Origin: an uncultured Pelagibacteraceae bacterium
Lineage (GTDB): Bacteria > Pseudomonadota > Alphaproteobacteria > Pelagibacterales > Pelagibacteraceae
DNA: 64,000 bases
Direction: 5' to 3'
Assembly (NCBI GenBank): GCA_902583295.1
Contig: CACHUY010000003.1
Location: 694 to 64,693 of the forward strand
How positions within the stretch are numbered: position 1 is the first letter of the stretch; each line of letters begins with the position of its first letter. The notes below the pieces were generated by a model. It searched no databases. It was not told the DNA's origin and worked only from the letters and a program-made list of their open reading frames with translations. This document shows, piece after piece, positions 1-11,189 of the stretch. The position numbers and the translations under genes are program-made.

Positions 1-53
1 TTAATTTTAACAACAAAAATTAGATGATACAAAGTGATAAAAACGATTCATAT

Positions 54-2138
54 ATGGATATTAAAAAAACAGCTAATTTATTACTTAATTTTGCTATAAA
101 GCGATTGGCAGAAATATTTGGCATATTAATTTTTATAACAGGTGCATTACTGCTTATTGCCTTAATTACATATTCTCCTGAGGATCCAAACTTTGTTTTT
201 TCTGAAAACAAAGAGATTAAAAATCTATTAGGTTTTCAGGGTAGTTTTATATCTGACTTGTTCTTTCAGTCAGTAGGTCTAATCTCGTACTTAATATCCT
301 TTACTCTTGTTTTAACTGGCATCAACATATTTAGACTTAAAAAATTTTTTCTTCTGATAGAGAGTCTTTTTTTTATTACCGTTTATTGTATATTTGGAAC
401 ACTCTTTTTAAGCTATTTTTATAATAATGCTTTTACACTTTATATAAATGGAAATGGAGGCTTTGTTGGAAATTATTTCAACCAAACTTTTTTAAATTCA
501 TTAGTTCAAATTCATGAAACGGTCACATTTTATAGTTTAATTTTTTTAACCTTTGGTTTGTTCTTGGTGAGTATAAATTTTAATCCAATTAAATTTTATC
601 ACTTTATTGTAAAAATTTATAATTTTCTTTTTAAAAAAGAAGAAAAAAATTATACTGATAAAAGCGAAATAATAAATGAATATATTCCTCAGGACGAAAT
701 AAAAAATCTTATTCAAGAAGATCTTCCTTTCATTAAAGCTGAAAATAAAATCAGTGAAAAAATAAAGTTTAAACTACCAAGTTTTGATTTATTAAAAGTT
801 CCAACCAAAAAAGAAAGAGAAAATTCTGATCAAAACGAGTCACATAATTCAGAATTTTTAGAAAAAATTCTTTTGGATTTTGGTGTGAATGGAAATATAA
901 AAAAAGTAAGCCACGGCCCAGTAGTCACTCTTAATGAGTTTGAACCAGCTGCAGGTATTAAAGTTTCTAAAATTATAAATTTATCAGATGATATTGCCCG
1001 AAACACAAGCTCAGAATCTGCAAGGATTGCAACCATACCTGGAAGTAATACTATCGGGATAGAGCTACCTAACAATGCAAGGGAGAATGTTTATCTTAGT
1101 GAGATATTGAACACCCCAGATTTTAAGAAAAGAGAGATAAAACTGCCAATAGCACTTGGTAAAAGTATATCAGGTAAGTCTATTGTTGGAGATTTATTTT
1201 CAATGCCTCACTTGCTGATTGCTGGAACTACTGGATCTGGAAAATCAGTTTGTATTAATACAATTATTTTATCCCTTCTTTACCGACACACACCCGATAA
1301 GTGTAAATTTATTTTAATTGACCCAAAAATGCTTGAACTCTCAACTTATGAGGGGATACCTCATTTATTATGTCCAGTGATAACTGAAGCTAAAAAAGCC
1401 GCTTCTGTGCTTGGGTGGGTAGTTAAAGAAATGGAGAATAGATACCGACTAATGACTAAAGAAAGTGTGAGAAATATAGATGGTTATAACGCAAAACATA
1501 AACTACCGATGCCTTATATAGTTGTGGTGGTTGATGAGATGTCAGACCTAATGTTGGTGGCAGGTAAAGAAATTGAGAATTATATTCAAAAACTCTCTCA
1601 AATGGCAAGGGCAGCTGGTATTCATATTATCATGGCTACCCAGAGACCAAGTGTTGATGTAATTACAGGAACTATTAAGGCAAATTTTCCAACCAGAATA
1701 TCATTTCAAGTTACTTCAAAAATAGATAGTAGAACAATCTTGGGAGAACAAGGAGCAGAACAATTGCTAGGCAAAGGAGACATGCTTTACATGTCATCTG
1801 CTAATCGAATAGTCAGAATTCATGCCCCTTTTGTATCAGATAATGAAATAGAAAAAATTAATAATTTTTTAAGATCACAAGCAGAACCAGATTATGTCGA
1901 TGAAATATTAAATTTTGCAGATGAAAAAGAAATTGGGGATAGTCCTAATCAAGGTGATAAAGATGAACTCTACCAGCAAGCTTTAGAAATAATTAGGTCA
2001 GAAGGTAAAGCTTCCACCTCGTTTTTACAAAGAAAACTTCAAATAGGATATAATAGAGCTGCAAGAATTATTGATATGATGGAAGCAGATGGAATAGTTA
2101 GTAAGGCAAATCATGTTGGTAAAAGAGATGTGCTTTAA
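54..2138 (+). CDS. ftsK: DNA translocase FtsK
   Basis: N-terminal TM region, Walker A HLLIAGTTGSGKS, C-terminal gamma domain (ASTSFLQRKLQIGYNRAARIID). The ORF opens at 24; start at 54 (MDIKK) is a guess. Confidence 0.95.
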   Translation: MDIKKTANLLLNFAIKRLAEIFGILIFITGALLLIALITYSPEDPNFVFSENKEIKNLLGFQGSFISDLFFQSVGLISYLISFTLVLTGINIFRLKKFFLLIESLFFITVYCIFGTLFLSYFYNNAFTLYINGNGGFVGNYFNQTFLNSLVQIHETVTFYSLIFLTFGLFLVSINFNPIKFYHFIVKIYNFLFKKEEKNYTDKSEIINEYIPQDEIKNLIQEDLPFIKAENKISEKIKFKLPSFDLLKVPTKKERENSDQNESHNSEFLEKILLDFGVNGNIKKVSHGPVVTLNEFEPAAGIKVSKIINLSDDIARNTSSESARIATIPGSNTIGIELPNNARENVYLSEILNTPDFKKREIKLPIALGKSISGKSIVGDLFSMPHLLIAGTTGSGKSVCINTIILSLLYRHTPDKCKFILIDPKMLELSTYEGIPHLLCPVITEAKKAASVLGWVVKEMENRYRLMTKESVRNIDGYNAKHKLPMPYIVVVVDEMSDLMLVAGKEIENYIQKLSQMARAAGIHIIMATQRPSVDVITGTIKANFPTRISFQVTSKIDSRTILGEQGAEQLLGKGDMLYMSSANRIVRIHAPFVSDNEIEKINNFLRSQAEPDYVDEILNFADEKEIGDSPNQGDKDELYQQALEIIRSEGKASTSFLQRKLQIGYNRAARIIDMMEADGIVSKANHVGKRDVL

Positions 2139-2686
2139 TGTTAAAGTATATTTCAATATTTTTTTTTTTAGTTTTCATCACGAATGGTAATACAAGTAAT
2201 AAAGAAAAAATTATTGAAAATTTAAAAAATACCAAAAATTTAGACTTTAATTTTGAACAAAATATTAATGGAAAAATTGAAAACGGAAATTGTACTATTG
2301 AATATCCAAAAAAAATATTTTGTGAATATGCCAAAAGCAATAACAAAATTTTAGTATCAAATGGTAAATCCTTAGTTGTTAAAACTATTACAAGTTATTA
2401 TCGATACCCAATCGATAAAACTCCACTCAACTTTATTTTAGATAAAAATTTTTTAATCAATAAAATTAATATTTTAGAAGAAAGAATTGTTGATAGATCT
2501 TTAATCAATTATACAATCAACGAAAATGATATCGAAATCAATGTTTTTTTTAATAAAGAAAATTATGATTTGATAGGGTGGCAAAACACAGATGTATATC
2601 AAAATTTTAATATTACCTTTTTATCCTCAATTCGAAAAAATAGAATACTCCCGAAAAATATTTTTAAACTTCCAATACAAAATTAA
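2138..2686 (+). CDS. lolA: Outer-membrane lipoprotein carrier LolA family protein
   Basis: Signal peptide, F-x-F-EQ and YP..KTPL motifs; the ftsK-lolA order is conserved. Confidence 0.8.
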   Translation: MLKYISIFFFLVFITNGNTSNKEKIIENLKNTKNLDFNFEQNINGKIENGNCTIEYPKKIFCEYAKSNNKILVSNGKSLVVKTITSYYRYPIDKTPLNFILDKNFLINKINILEERIVDRSLINYTINENDIEINVFFNKENYDLIGWQNTDVYQNFNITFLSSIRKNRILPKNIFKLPIQN

Positions 2687-3186
2687 ATATTTATAATTTC
2701 AGTTTTAAATATTTTCATACCTCTCATAATGTAATTATTCAAAGCATTCTTATGATCAAGTGTACAAGTATGAACCCAAGTACGATTTATTTTATTTTTG
2801 AAAGACTCTTTGATAGCTTCTGATAATAGATATGATCCAAGTTTTTTATTATGGTACTCTTCTAAAACTCCTAAATAAGCTATTTCAACTTCTTTTTTAT
2901 CTTGATGATAAATTAATTCAAAGAAACCAACCAAATCCTTTTTGTATTTTAAGATGAACGTTTTGACATTTTTACTTGAAACATAATCTATCCATTTCTC
3001 TTCGGTCCAAGTTAATCTATCCACCCACTTATGTTTATTACCAATGTTTTTATAAAAAAATTTATTTAACTGAAAGTTAGACGGGTCTAATAAATTTAAA
3101 GAATAATCGTCAGAAGGCTTAGATCTCTGATTAAGATCTTTAAGAGAATTTATTTCTAAGTAATTTCTTTTGACTTCTTGTGTCAC
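2683..3186 (-). CDS. GNAT family N-acetyltransferase
   Basis: EIAYLG...HNKKLGSYLL acetyl-CoA motif, WVHTCTLDH..AL..Y..RG. Confidence 0.85.
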   Translation of the reverse strand: MTQEVKRNYLEINSLKDLNQRSKPSDDYSLNLLDPSNFQLNKFFYKNIGNKHKWVDRLTWTEEKWIDYVSSKNVKTFILKYKKDLVGFFELIYHQDKKEVEIAYLGVLEEYHNKKLGSYLLSEAIKESFKNKINRTWVHTCTLDHKNALNNYIMRGMKIFKTEIINI

Positions 3187-3548
3187 TCAACCATTTTTCC
3201 AACCTTTTCACCACCAAAAAGATGAAAGTGTAAGTGAGGAACCTCTTGACCACCATGTTCACTGATATTAGCTAAAGCTCTATAGCCTTTGCCTATATCT
3301 GAGGAAATACCTAGTTTTTTTGCAACAATATTTATACCTTTCAGCAAACCTACCATCTCATCAGATGAAGCATTTAAACTAAAATCATCTAAATCAATAT
3401 ATTTCCCTTTAGGAATTACTAAAGCATGAATTTTTTTTTGTGGATTTATGTCATTAAAAGATAAAACAAACTCATCCTCATAAATTTTATTACAAGGTAT
3501 CTCTCCCCTCAAAATTTTTGCAAAAATGTTATTGTCGTCGTAAGCCAT
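3183..3548 (-). CDS. HIT family nucleotide-binding protein
   Basis: NIFAKILRGEIP start and histidine triad HLHFH. Confidence 0.93.
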   Translation of the reverse strand: MAYDDNNIFAKILRGEIPCNKIYEDEFVLSFNDINPQKKIHALVIPKGKYIDLDDFSLNASSDEMVGLLKGINIVAKKLGISSDIGKGYRALANISEHGGQEVPHLHFHLFGGEKVGKMVE

Positions 3549-3551
3549 TTT

Positions 3552-3824
3552 TTATTTTCTTCTATTATCCAATTCCTCCATCACATCTTCAATTTTTATT
3601 CCACTTTTTTCTAGATACATGATTAAATGATAAAGAACGTCTGCTGCTTCATGAATTTTATTTGTATTTTTTTCTACAGCTTCAATTAATTCATTAATTT
3701 CTTCTAAAACCTTTTCTTTTGCTAAAGATTTATCTTTTAAAAGCTTGTTGGTATATGAGCCTTCAACAGGATTTCTTTTTCGTTCTCTTGCAAGAGTTAC
3801 TAAATCTTCTAAAGTTTTTAACAT
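3552..3824 (-). CDS. hisE: Phosphoribosyl-ATP pyrophosphatase
   Basis: SYT..LL, EKVLEE..E, HEAADVLYHL motifs; follows hisF; start taken at MLKTL (3824). Confidence 0.92.
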   Translation of the reverse strand: MLKTLEDLVTLARERKRNPVEGSYTNKLLKDKSLAKEKVLEEINELIEAVEKNTNKIHEAADVLYHLIMYLEKSGIKIEDVMEELDNRRK

Positions 3825-3825
3825 A

Positions 3826-4578
3826 TCAAATCCTAACAGGTATATCTTTTGAAGCCAAATATTGCTTGGCTTCATTAACTGAATAAGTGCCGTAGTGAAA
3901 TATAGATGCTGCTAAAACAGCACTCGCACCTGATTTTATTCCATCTACCAAGTGATCTAAAGTTCCAACTCCACCAGATGCAATCACTGGAATATTTACA
4001 CCGGATGATATCATTTGCATAAGCTCAATATCATATCCTGACTGTGTTCCGTCTTTATCCATAGAAGTAACTAATAGCTCCCCAGCTCCACAGTTCTCCA
4101 TTTTTGAGGCAAATTCCAAAGCATTTATTCCTGTTGGATTTCTTCCCCCATGAGTAAAAATTTCCCATCCACCTTCGTTTCTCTTTGCATCAATTGCAAC
4201 CACAATACATTGTGAACCAAACTTTCTTGAACTGTCCTCAACCACTTTTGCATCCTGAACCGCAGCAGTATTAATTGATACTTTATCTGCTCCACAATTA
4301 AGTAGTTTGTTAATATCCTCTACACTTCTAACACCACCACCAACAGTTAATGGTACAAAACATTTCTTGGAAGTTTTATCAACAACATCGTAAATTGTAT
4401 TTCTATTTTCGTTTGAAGCAGTAATATCTAAAAAACAGATTTCATCTGCACCGCCATCAGAATAAATTTTGGCCTGCTCGACAGGGTCTCCTGCATCCTT
4501 TAAGTCTACAAAATTAATACCCTTCACTACACGGCCGTTTTTAACATCCAAACAGGGTATTATTCTATTTTTAAGCAT
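3826..4578 (-). CDS. hisF: Imidazole glycerol phosphate synthase cyclase subunit
   Basis: [30 protein letters not shown] motifs. Confidence 0.97.
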   Translation of the reverse strand: MLKNRIIPCLDVKNGRVVKGINFVDLKDAGDPVEQAKIYSDGGADEICFLDITASNENRNTIYDVVDKTSKKCFVPLTVGGGVRSVEDINKLLNCGADKVSINTAAVQDAKVVEDSSRKFGSQCIVVAIDAKRNEGGWEIFTHGGRNPTGINALEFASKMENCGAGELLVTSMDKDGTQSGYDIELMQMISSGVNIPVIASGGVGTLDHLVDGIKSGASAVLAASIFHYGTYSVNEAKQYLASKDIPVRI

Positions 4579-5296
4579 CTATTTCCTTTGCTAGTTCATC
4601 TAATTTGATATCACCATCGTATATAGCTTTACCAACTATAATTCCTTCAATATTGTTATTACTTAATTCTTTAGCCTTTTTAATATCATCAATCGAAGAA
4701 ACACCACCAGATATTATAACTGGACAATTGGAGGTGTTAGCAACTTTAGATGTTTCATCAAAATTTGGGCCTTGTTTCATACCATCTCTATTAATATCTG
4801 TATAAATCAATCTACTAGCACCAAAGTTATTTACATCTTTTAGAAAATCTAAAGTTAATTGATTAGAGTTCTCTTTCCAACCCGACACAGATAAATATCC
4901 ATCTTTAGCATCTAAACCTAAAGCAATTTGATTTGGAAATTTTTCACAAGCTTCTTTTAAAAAGTTTTTATTTTTTATAGCGGCACTTCCTAAAATTACT
5001 TTTTCAACACCAGCATCAGTATATTTTTTAATATTATCAATACTTCTAACCCCACCTCCTACTTCAATTTTTAAATCAAATTTTTTAACAATTTCTTGGA
5101 TTATATCCAAATTTACTGTTTCACCAGTTAAAGCTCCATCTAAATCAACAATATGTAAATTTATAAATCCATAGGCATTATATTTCTCTGCTTGTTCAAC
5201 TGGTGACATTTTGTATTCAGTCTTATTTTCAAAATCTCCTCTTATTAGCCTTACACATTTTTTATCTTTTATGTCTATTGCTGGAAGTATCTTCAT
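4571..5296 (-). CDS. hisA: ProFAR isomerase HisA
   Basis: [30 protein letters not shown] motifs. Confidence 0.96.
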   Translation of the reverse strand: MKILPAIDIKDKKCVRLIRGDFENKTEYKMSPVEQAEKYNAYGFINLHIVDLDGALTGETVNLDIIQEIVKKFDLKIEVGGGVRSIDNIKKYTDAGVEKVILGSAAIKNKNFLKEACEKFPNQIALGLDAKDGYLSVSGWKENSNQLTLDFLKDVNNFGASRLIYTDINRDGMKQGPNFDETSKVANTSNCPVIISGGVSSIDDIKKAKELSNNNIEGIIVGKAIYDGDIKLDELAKEIDA

Positions 5297-5436
5297 TTAT
5301 TTGCTTTCATCTCAGCTTCAGTTGTAACTTTAAGCTTTAAAGATTTGGTTTTTTGTTCAGAATTTTTTTTGATTTGTGGACTTTGACATGAAATCAATAA
5401 AAGTGATAAAAAAATTATAAGTGAATTTTTAATCAT
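5293..5436 (-). CDS. Small putative lipoprotein, 47 aa (not in ORF track)
   Basis: Hand translation [47 protein letters not shown]; lipobox-like LISC; TAATG overlap with the hisH stop and ATGA overlap with the hisA start. Confidence 0.75.
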   Translation of the reverse strand: MIKNSLIIFLSLLLISCQSPQIKKNSEQKTKSLKLKVTTEAEMKANK

Positions 5437-6062
5437 TAAATATTTATAAAATTTTCAATTATTTTAAGTCCAATCTTATCACTTTTTTCTGGGTGAAATT
5501 GAGTTCCAAAAATATTTTCCTGTTCAACTGAACAAACGATATCAGATGAATAGTTTGTAGTTGCTGACACCACAGTATTATCATTTGGCACAAATTCATA
5601 ACTGTGTACAAAATACATATGAGAATTGTTTTCTATATCTTTAAAAATCTTACTATCTTTCAAAATATTTATTTGATTCCATCCAATGTGAGGAAGTTTA
5701 TACTTCCCATTTTGATTATCTATTTTTGATACTTTGCCTGATATCCACCCTAAACCCTTAGTTTCTGTTTCTTCATAACCAACGTCTGCGAACATTTGCA
5801 AACCAACACAAATTCCAAGAATTGGCTTTTTGTGGTTAATAGCAAATTGATAGAGAGTATCAATTAAACCGTTAATACAACTTAAAGCATCAACACAACT
5901 TTTAAACGAACCCTGACCTGGTAATACAACTTTGTCGCTTGATTTAATCTTATTTAAATCTGCAGTTACCTCTATATTTACTTTATCTTTAGCAACCTCT
6001 TTAAAAGAATTTATTACTGAGCTTATATTGCCCGAATTATAATCAACAATTGTGACATTCAT
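5436..6062 (-). CDS. hisH: Imidazole glycerol phosphate synthase glutaminase subunit
   Basis: LPGQG, GICVGLQ, PHIGWN, YFVHSY, QFHPEKS motifs. Confidence 0.97.
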   Translation of the reverse strand: MNVTIVDYNSGNISSVINSFKEVAKDKVNIEVTADLNKIKSSDKVVLPGQGSFKSCVDALSCINGLIDTLYQFAINHKKPILGICVGLQMFADVGYEETETKGLGWISGKVSKIDNQNGKYKLPHIGWNQINILKDSKIFKDIENNSHMYFVHSYEFVPNDNTVVSATTNYSSDIVCSVEQENIFGTQFHPEKSDKIGLKIIENFINI

Positions 6063-6067
6063 TAAAC

Positions 6068-6658
6068 TTATAATGACCCTTTAGTTGATGGAATGCTTTT
6101 TTTACTTCTAGGATCCACCTCTAAGGCATCTCTTAAAGATCTTGCTAAACCTTTGTAACAAGATTCAATGATGTGGTGACTGTTGTCCCCATAAATATTT
6201 TCAACGTGCAAAGTAATACCCGCAGATTGCGAAAAAGCTTGGAACCATTCTTTGAATAATTCAGTATCCATTTCTCCAAGTTTCTCAACTTTTAATTTAA
6301 CTTTCCAAATCAAGTAAGGTCTGTTTGACACATCAATTGCTACTCTAGTTAAAGTTTCGTCCATTGGAATAACTCTGTGAGCATAACGTTTGATGCCAAC
6401 AAATTTTTTAGCAGCTTTTTTCAAGGCTTCACCAATTGCAATACCTGTATCTTCAGTCGTATGATGAAGATCAATGTGTGTATCTCCTTTGGCTTTTACT
6501 TTTAAATCAATAAGTGAGTGTTTTGATAATTGCTCCAACATATGATCTAAAAAACCAATTCCAGTATCAATTTTGTATTGACCTTTTCCATCAATATTTA
6601 CTTCAACACTGATGCTTGTTTCTTTTGTTTTACGAGAGACTTTTCCTTTTCTAGCCAT
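6068..6658 (-). CDS. hisB: Imidazoleglycerol-phosphate dehydratase
   Basis: RKTKET, FLDHML, HHTTED, NSHH..ES, PSTKG motifs. Confidence 0.97.
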   Translation of the reverse strand: MARKGKVSRKTKETSISVEVNIDGKGQYKIDTGIGFLDHMLEQLSKHSLIDLKVKAKGDTHIDLHHTTEDTGIAIGEALKKAAKKFVGIKRYAHRVIPMDETLTRVAIDVSNRPYLIWKVKLKVEKLGEMDTELFKEWFQAFSQSAGITLHVENIYGDNSHHIIESCYKGLARSLRDALEVDPRSKKSIPSTKGSL

Positions 6659-6711
6659 ATGTTTTAGAGGTATACAAGCATAATTGCACTATATCAACGA
6701 TAGTATGACTA

Positions 6712-6739
6712 CTTGAAGTATCAAAAATAGTTACCATTT
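6712..6739 (+). promoter_or_regulatory. RpoH (sigma32)-type promoter of hslVU
   Basis: CTTGAA-N14-TACCATTT, ending 7 nt before the hslV ATG. Confidence 0.6.
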
Positions 6740-6746
6740 ATTGTTC

Positions 6747-7262
6747 ATGACAACAATTGTACTAGTTAGAAAAAATAATGAGGTAGTAGTTGCTGGTGAT
6801 GGACAAGTTAGTATGGGAAATACAGTTGTAAAAAGCACTGCTTCGAAAGTTAGAAAAATTGAAAAAAGAGATGTTGTTGCTGGGTTTGCAGGATCAACTG
6901 CAGATGCATTAACTTTATTTGAAAGATTAGAAGGAAAACTAGAAAAACATGCAGGTAACTTATCAAGAGCCGCTGTTGAACTAGCAAAAGATTGGCGAAC
7001 TGATAAATATTTAAGAAGATTAGAGGCATTAATGGCTGTTGGTGACAAAAGTAATAGTTATATAATTTCTGGAACTGGTGATGTTTTAGAGCCTGAAGGA
7101 GATGTAATTGGAATTGGCTCTGGTGGAAATTATGCTTTAGCTGCAGGGAAAGTTTTAATTGAAGGTCAAATGTCAGCTGAAGAAGTTGCAAAAAAAGCAA
7201 TCAAGGTTGCGGCTGATATTTGTGTATTTACCAACAACAACGTCAAAGTTGAAAAAATATAA
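6747..7262 (+). CDS. hslV: ATP-dependent protease subunit HslV
   Basis: M-TTIV N-terminal Thr nucleophile, [13 protein letters not shown] motifs. Confidence 0.97.
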   Translation: MTTIVLVRKNNEVVVAGDGQVSMGNTVVKSTASKVRKIEKRDVVAGFAGSTADALTLFERLEGKLEKHAGNLSRAAVELAKDWRTDKYLRRLEALMAVGDKSNSYIISGTGDVLEPEGDVIGIGSGGNYALAAGKVLIEGQMSAEEVAKKAIKVAADICVFTNNNVKVEKI

Positions 7263-8632
7263 TGGATAATTCTAACGTTACACCTCTACACCCTAAAGAA
7301 CAAAATAAAAAAGAGGAAGCATCTTTAGTTAGTTCTCTATCTCCTAGAGAGATTGTTTCAGAACTTGATAGATTTGTTGTTGGCCAAAATAAAGCAAAAA
7401 AAGCTGTAGCAGTTGCTTTAAGAAATCGGTGGAGAAGACAAGCCCTTAAAGGTGAAATGAAAAATGAAGTTTTACCAAAAAATATTTTAATGATTGGACC
7501 AACAGGAGTCGGAAAAACTGAGATATCAAGAAGACTCTCAAAATTAGCTGAAGCTCCTTTTGTCAAAGTTGAAGCTACTAGATTTACTGAAGTTGGTTAT
7601 GTTGGAAGAGATGTAGAGCAAATAGTCAGAGATTTAATTGAAATTGCTATTGCGATGGAGAAAGTAAAAAAACGAAAAGAAGTTTTTGCTCAAGCACAAA
7701 AAGCAGCAGAAGAAAAAGTTTTGGATGCATTAGTGGGTAAGAAGGCAAGTTTAGCAACAAGAGAAAGTTTCAGAAAAAGATTAAGAAATGGTGACTTAGA
7801 TGATAACGAAATAGAAATTTCTGTAAGTGATAGTGGGTCAGGTGCTTCATTTGAAATTCCAGGTATGCCAGGTGCTAATGTAGGTATGATTAATATTGGT
7901 GAAATGATTGGTAAATCGATGGGTAGTAAAGAAAAGAAAAAGAAAATGTCCGTGAAAGAGTCTCATGAGATTTTAATTAATGATGAATCTGATAAACTAA
8001 TCGAACAAGATAAAATTGTTAAAGCTGCAAAATTATCTACTGAGAATAATGGTATTGTTTTTTTAGATGAGATAGATAAAATTTCAGCGAGGACTGATAG
8101 AGTTGGAGGAGATGTATCACGAGAAGGTGTGCAAAGAGATTTGTTACCATTAATTGAAGGTACAACAGTTAATACAAAACATGGTCCTATCAAAACTGAT
8201 CATATCTTATTTATTGCATCAGGAGCTTTTCAGTTAGCAAAGCCATCTGATCTTCTTCCCGAACTTCAAGGAAGATTGCCAATTAGAGTTGAGTTAGAGG
8301 CATTGACCAGTGAGGATTTCAAAAGAATTTTAAGAGAACCAGATTTCAGTTTAATCAAGCAATACATAGCTTTATTAAAAACTGAGAATGTTGATCTTGA
8401 GTTTTCAGAGGACGGAATTAATACCATTGCAAATATTGCCTCAGAAGTAAATGCGACTGTAGAAAATATTGGTGCTAGAAGATTACATACAATAATTGAA
8501 AAAATTTTAGATGAGATTAGTTTCACAGCAACAGATCGTGCTGGTGAAAAAATTGTAATAAACAAAGAATATATTAACAAAAACTTGGATAATTTGGTTA
8601 AGGATACTGATCTTTCTAAATTTATTTTATAG
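7262..8632 (+). CDS. hslU: ATP-dependent protease ATPase HslU
   Basis: [33 protein letters not shown]-terminus. Confidence 0.97.
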   Translation: MDNSNVTPLHPKEQNKKEEASLVSSLSPREIVSELDRFVVGQNKAKKAVAVALRNRWRRQALKGEMKNEVLPKNILMIGPTGVGKTEISRRLSKLAEAPFVKVEATRFTEVGYVGRDVEQIVRDLIEIAIAMEKVKKRKEVFAQAQKAAEEKVLDALVGKKASLATRESFRKRLRNGDLDDNEIEISVSDSGSGASFEIPGMPGANVGMINIGEMIGKSMGSKEKKKKMSVKESHEILINDESDKLIEQDKIVKAAKLSTENNGIVFLDEIDKISARTDRVGGDVSREGVQRDLLPLIEGTTVNTKHGPIKTDHILFIASGAFQLAKPSDLLPELQGRLPIRVELEALTSEDFKRILREPDFSLIKQYIALLKTENVDLEFSEDGINTIANIASEVNATVENIGARRLHTIIEKILDEISFTATDRAGEKIVINKEYINKNLDNLVKDTDLSKFIL

Positions 8633-9044
8633 ATTTATTTCTTTTTAAAAAAATATAAAAAGCTCCACTTCCACCGTCTTCAATACTAGCATCTTTTATC
8701 TCGTTAATGATACTCATTAAACTCTTATTGTTTTCTATAAATTCAGGAACCGAATATTTCAATATACTTAAATCCTTTGACACGTAAGGATTTTTTTCAT
8801 TTTTTGAATGTAGTCCTTTACCTGTAACAACAACCAGCTTATTTATTTTTTCCTTAAAAGATTGTCGTATAAATATTTCAATAGTCTTATTTGCTTCCTC
8901 AAGAGTATAGCCGTGAAGATCAATTGACTTTACTTTAAATAGTTTTTGTTTTGATGACTTAAAATCTTTATTAGGTAACTTTTCATCGCTAGAAATAAAA
9001 CTGTCCCAGTCTTTTTTATCTTTTTCTGAAATATCGTTAATCAA
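8622..9044 (-). CDS. Smr/MutS2 domain protein
   Basis: [21 protein letters not shown] motifs. Confidence 0.9.
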   Translation of the reverse strand: MINDISEKDKKDWDSFISSDEKLPNKDFKSSKQKLFKVKSIDLHGYTLEEANKTIEIFIRQSFKEKINKLVVVTGKGLHSKNEKNPYVSKDLSILKYSVPEFIENNKSLMSIINEIKDASIEDGGSGAFYIFLKRNKSIK

Positions 9045-9641
9045 TTAAGTTAAGGTATTTACTAACTGCCAATTAGGATTTACAGAAGTTGTATCTCTAG
9101 AAAATACCCAGGTATCATAAATTTTTTTAATTTTTTCTGGGTCTCCTGAAACAATTTTTTTTTCCTTATCTCTAATGCAAGTTATTACTTCAGCAATAAA
9201 ATCAACTGTAACATTTAAAATATTGCCAATTTTTTTATGCTCCTTAATTTCCGCTGAATTAATTCCTATGAAAGTAATTTCAGCAAAATGACCTCTTGAA
9301 CTTCTTTCCTTAAGAGCTTCATTGAACTGTGAATATATCTGTCCGTTTAATAAAGATCTGCTTGTTGTGATTTTGTTATCATTATCACTAAAATCTGTAA
9401 TGATAGTTTCGTATGCTATTTTAGCACCTTTTAAAAATTCTTCTTGAGCTGCAGTATCAAAAATTTCGTTCGATTTTCTTGGTTGCTCGACTTTAATATT
9501 TTTTAAGACTTCCTTGAATTGAGCTGGTGTTTTGCCCTCAAAGCCTGTTCTTTTTCCAAGTATTCCTCTTAATCTTAGAAAGATAAAACCAGCAATCATG
9601 GCCAGCAGAATGATATCTATGTATTCAAAACTATAACTCAT
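9045..9641 (-). CDS. Tim44/TimA family adaptor protein
   Basis: IILLAMIAGFIFLRLRGILG N-terminal TM segment, D.WVF.R...S.NPNW.L C-terminus; divergent from fxsA-secB. Confidence 0.88.
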   Translation of the reverse strand: MSYSFEYIDIILLAMIAGFIFLRLRGILGKRTGFEGKTPAQFKEVLKNIKVEQPRKSNEIFDTAAQEEFLKGAKIAYETIITDFSDNDNKITTSRSLLNGQIYSQFNEALKERSSRGHFAEITFIGINSAEIKEHKKIGNILNVTVDFIAEVITCIRDKEKKIVSGDPEKIKKIYDTWVFSRDTTSVNPNWQLVNTLT

Positions 9642-9699
9642 AATGTGATAGTAATTACTATGTTGATTAATTTCAACCAGCAATTTAGATTATGGACAA

Positions 9700-10125
9700 A
9701 TGAACCCAATATTATTGTTAATAATACTAATACCAATTATAGAAATCTATCTTTTAATTAAGATTGGCTCTCAAATAGGTGCTATGAGCACTATTTTGTT
9801 AATTTTTGCTACAGCAACTGTTGGAATCTATTACGCAAAATACGAAGGATTGAATACATTGAGGTCTGGCTTTGCACAATTGAGTAACAATGAAACCCCG
9901 GCTTACGAAGTTATTTCAGGAGCAGCCATAGCGTTTGCAGCTTTACTGTTAATCATACCAGGATTTGCAACAGACGCTTTAGGATTTTTACTCATATTTC
10001 CATTAAGTAGAAAAATGATTTTTAACAAGCTATCTAAAAAATTTAAAACTAAAAAAAAAAAAAGAAATAATTTTATAGAAGGAGACTTTGAAGATATAGA
10101 GGACGACGATGACAGAAAAATTTAA
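9700..10125 (+). CDS. fxsA: FxsA family membrane protein
   Basis: PIIEIYLLI, LLLIIPGF.TD..G, IEGDFE motifs. Confidence 0.9.
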   Translation: MNPILLLIILIPIIEIYLLIKIGSQIGAMSTILLIFATATVGIYYAKYEGLNTLRSGFAQLSNNETPAYEVISGAAIAFAALLLIIPGFATDALGFLLIFPLSRKMIFNKLSKKFKTKKKKRNNFIEGDFEDIEDDDDRKI

Positions 10126-10531
10126 AATATTAGGGAAATATATAAAAGATCTATCTAGTGAAACACCTGATGCAGAAACATATATTTACGTTAGAGATAG
10201 AATTTCAAAATATCAACTGGATATTGATATTAATTCAAAAGCTTTAAAACATAAAATGGTAGAAATAAACACAAGATGCAGATTTAACGACAAAATAGAG
10301 AGTAAAAAAAAATCTTATTTTGAAATAATTTATTCAACCATAATTAAAATTAATGAGGAAATTAAAGATAAAAAAGAATTAGAAAAAATTATATTATGTG
10401 ATGTGCAAATTGAGATTTACCCTTCTTTAGAGAAAGCTCTTTTAGATTTACTTCACAATTCAGGTTATCCAGGTGTCAAATTTGAAAAAAAAGTTGATTT
10501 TGAAACTCTCTATAAGCAGAGAATTAACTAA
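10109..10531 (+). CDS. secB: Protein export chaperone SecB (divergent)
   Basis: YIKDLS.E.P and VDF..LY.Q motifs; fxsA-secB-dnaQ synteny. Confidence 0.8.
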   Translation: MTEKFKILGKYIKDLSSETPDAETYIYVRDRISKYQLDIDINSKALKHKMVEINTRCRFNDKIESKKKSYFEIIYSTIIKINEEIKDKKELEKIILCDVQIEIYPSLEKALLDLLHNSGYPGVKFEKKVDFETLYKQRIN

Positions 10532-11189
10532 AATAATTTTTTTTTAAATTTTGCTTTAAATATTCTTTGTGTTTTTTTAGCTCTTGATCTGTTGGTTTTA
10601 CAATACCTTTGAAATAAACGACCTTGGAACTATTTATTTGTTCTTTTTCTTCAGTATTATTTCGAAAATCTAATGTTGGTTCTTTTTGATCAATAAGATT
10701 TATGTAAACTTTTGCTAATAAATCACAGTCTATTAAAGCTGTGTGCTGAGTTCTTTTGGAATTATCAATCCTAAAACGTTTACAAAGGGCATCTAAACTT
10801 ACTGGGGCGCCAGGAAACTTGTCCCTTGCTAAAATAAGTGTATCTATGATTTCATTATCAATATTATTCTTACCGAATAGACTTAGTTCATTGTTTAAAT
10901 GAGCTAGATCAAATTCTGCATTATGGATTATAAGTTTTTTATTTTTTATAAACTCTAAAAATTCTTCACCAACCTCACTAAATTTTTTTTGTTTAGATAA
11001 AAATTCATCATTATACCCATGAACTGCTAGTGCCTTTTCAGAGACTTTTCTTTCAGGATTTAAATAACAATGAAATTTATTTTTTGTTGGAATTAAATCG
11101 TCTAATTCAATACATCCAATTTCAACTATTCTGTGACCATCTTTGACTGATAGACCAGTTGTTTCAGTATCAAGAACTATTTCTTTCAT
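10524..11189 (-). CDS. dnaQ: DNA polymerase III epsilon subunit
   Basis: VLDTETTG, HNAEFD, H.ALID (DEDDh exonuclease). Confidence 0.96.
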   Translation of the reverse strand: MKEIVLDTETTGLSVKDGHRIVEIGCIELDDLIPTKNKFHCYLNPERKVSEKALAVHGYNDEFLSKQKKFSEVGEEFLEFIKNKKLIIHNAEFDLAHLNNELSLFGKNNIDNEIIDTLILARDKFPGAPVSLDALCKRFRIDNSKRTQHTALIDCDLLAKVYINLIDQKEPTLDFRNNTEEKEQINSSKVVYFKGIVKPTDQELKKHKEYLKQNLKKNYFS

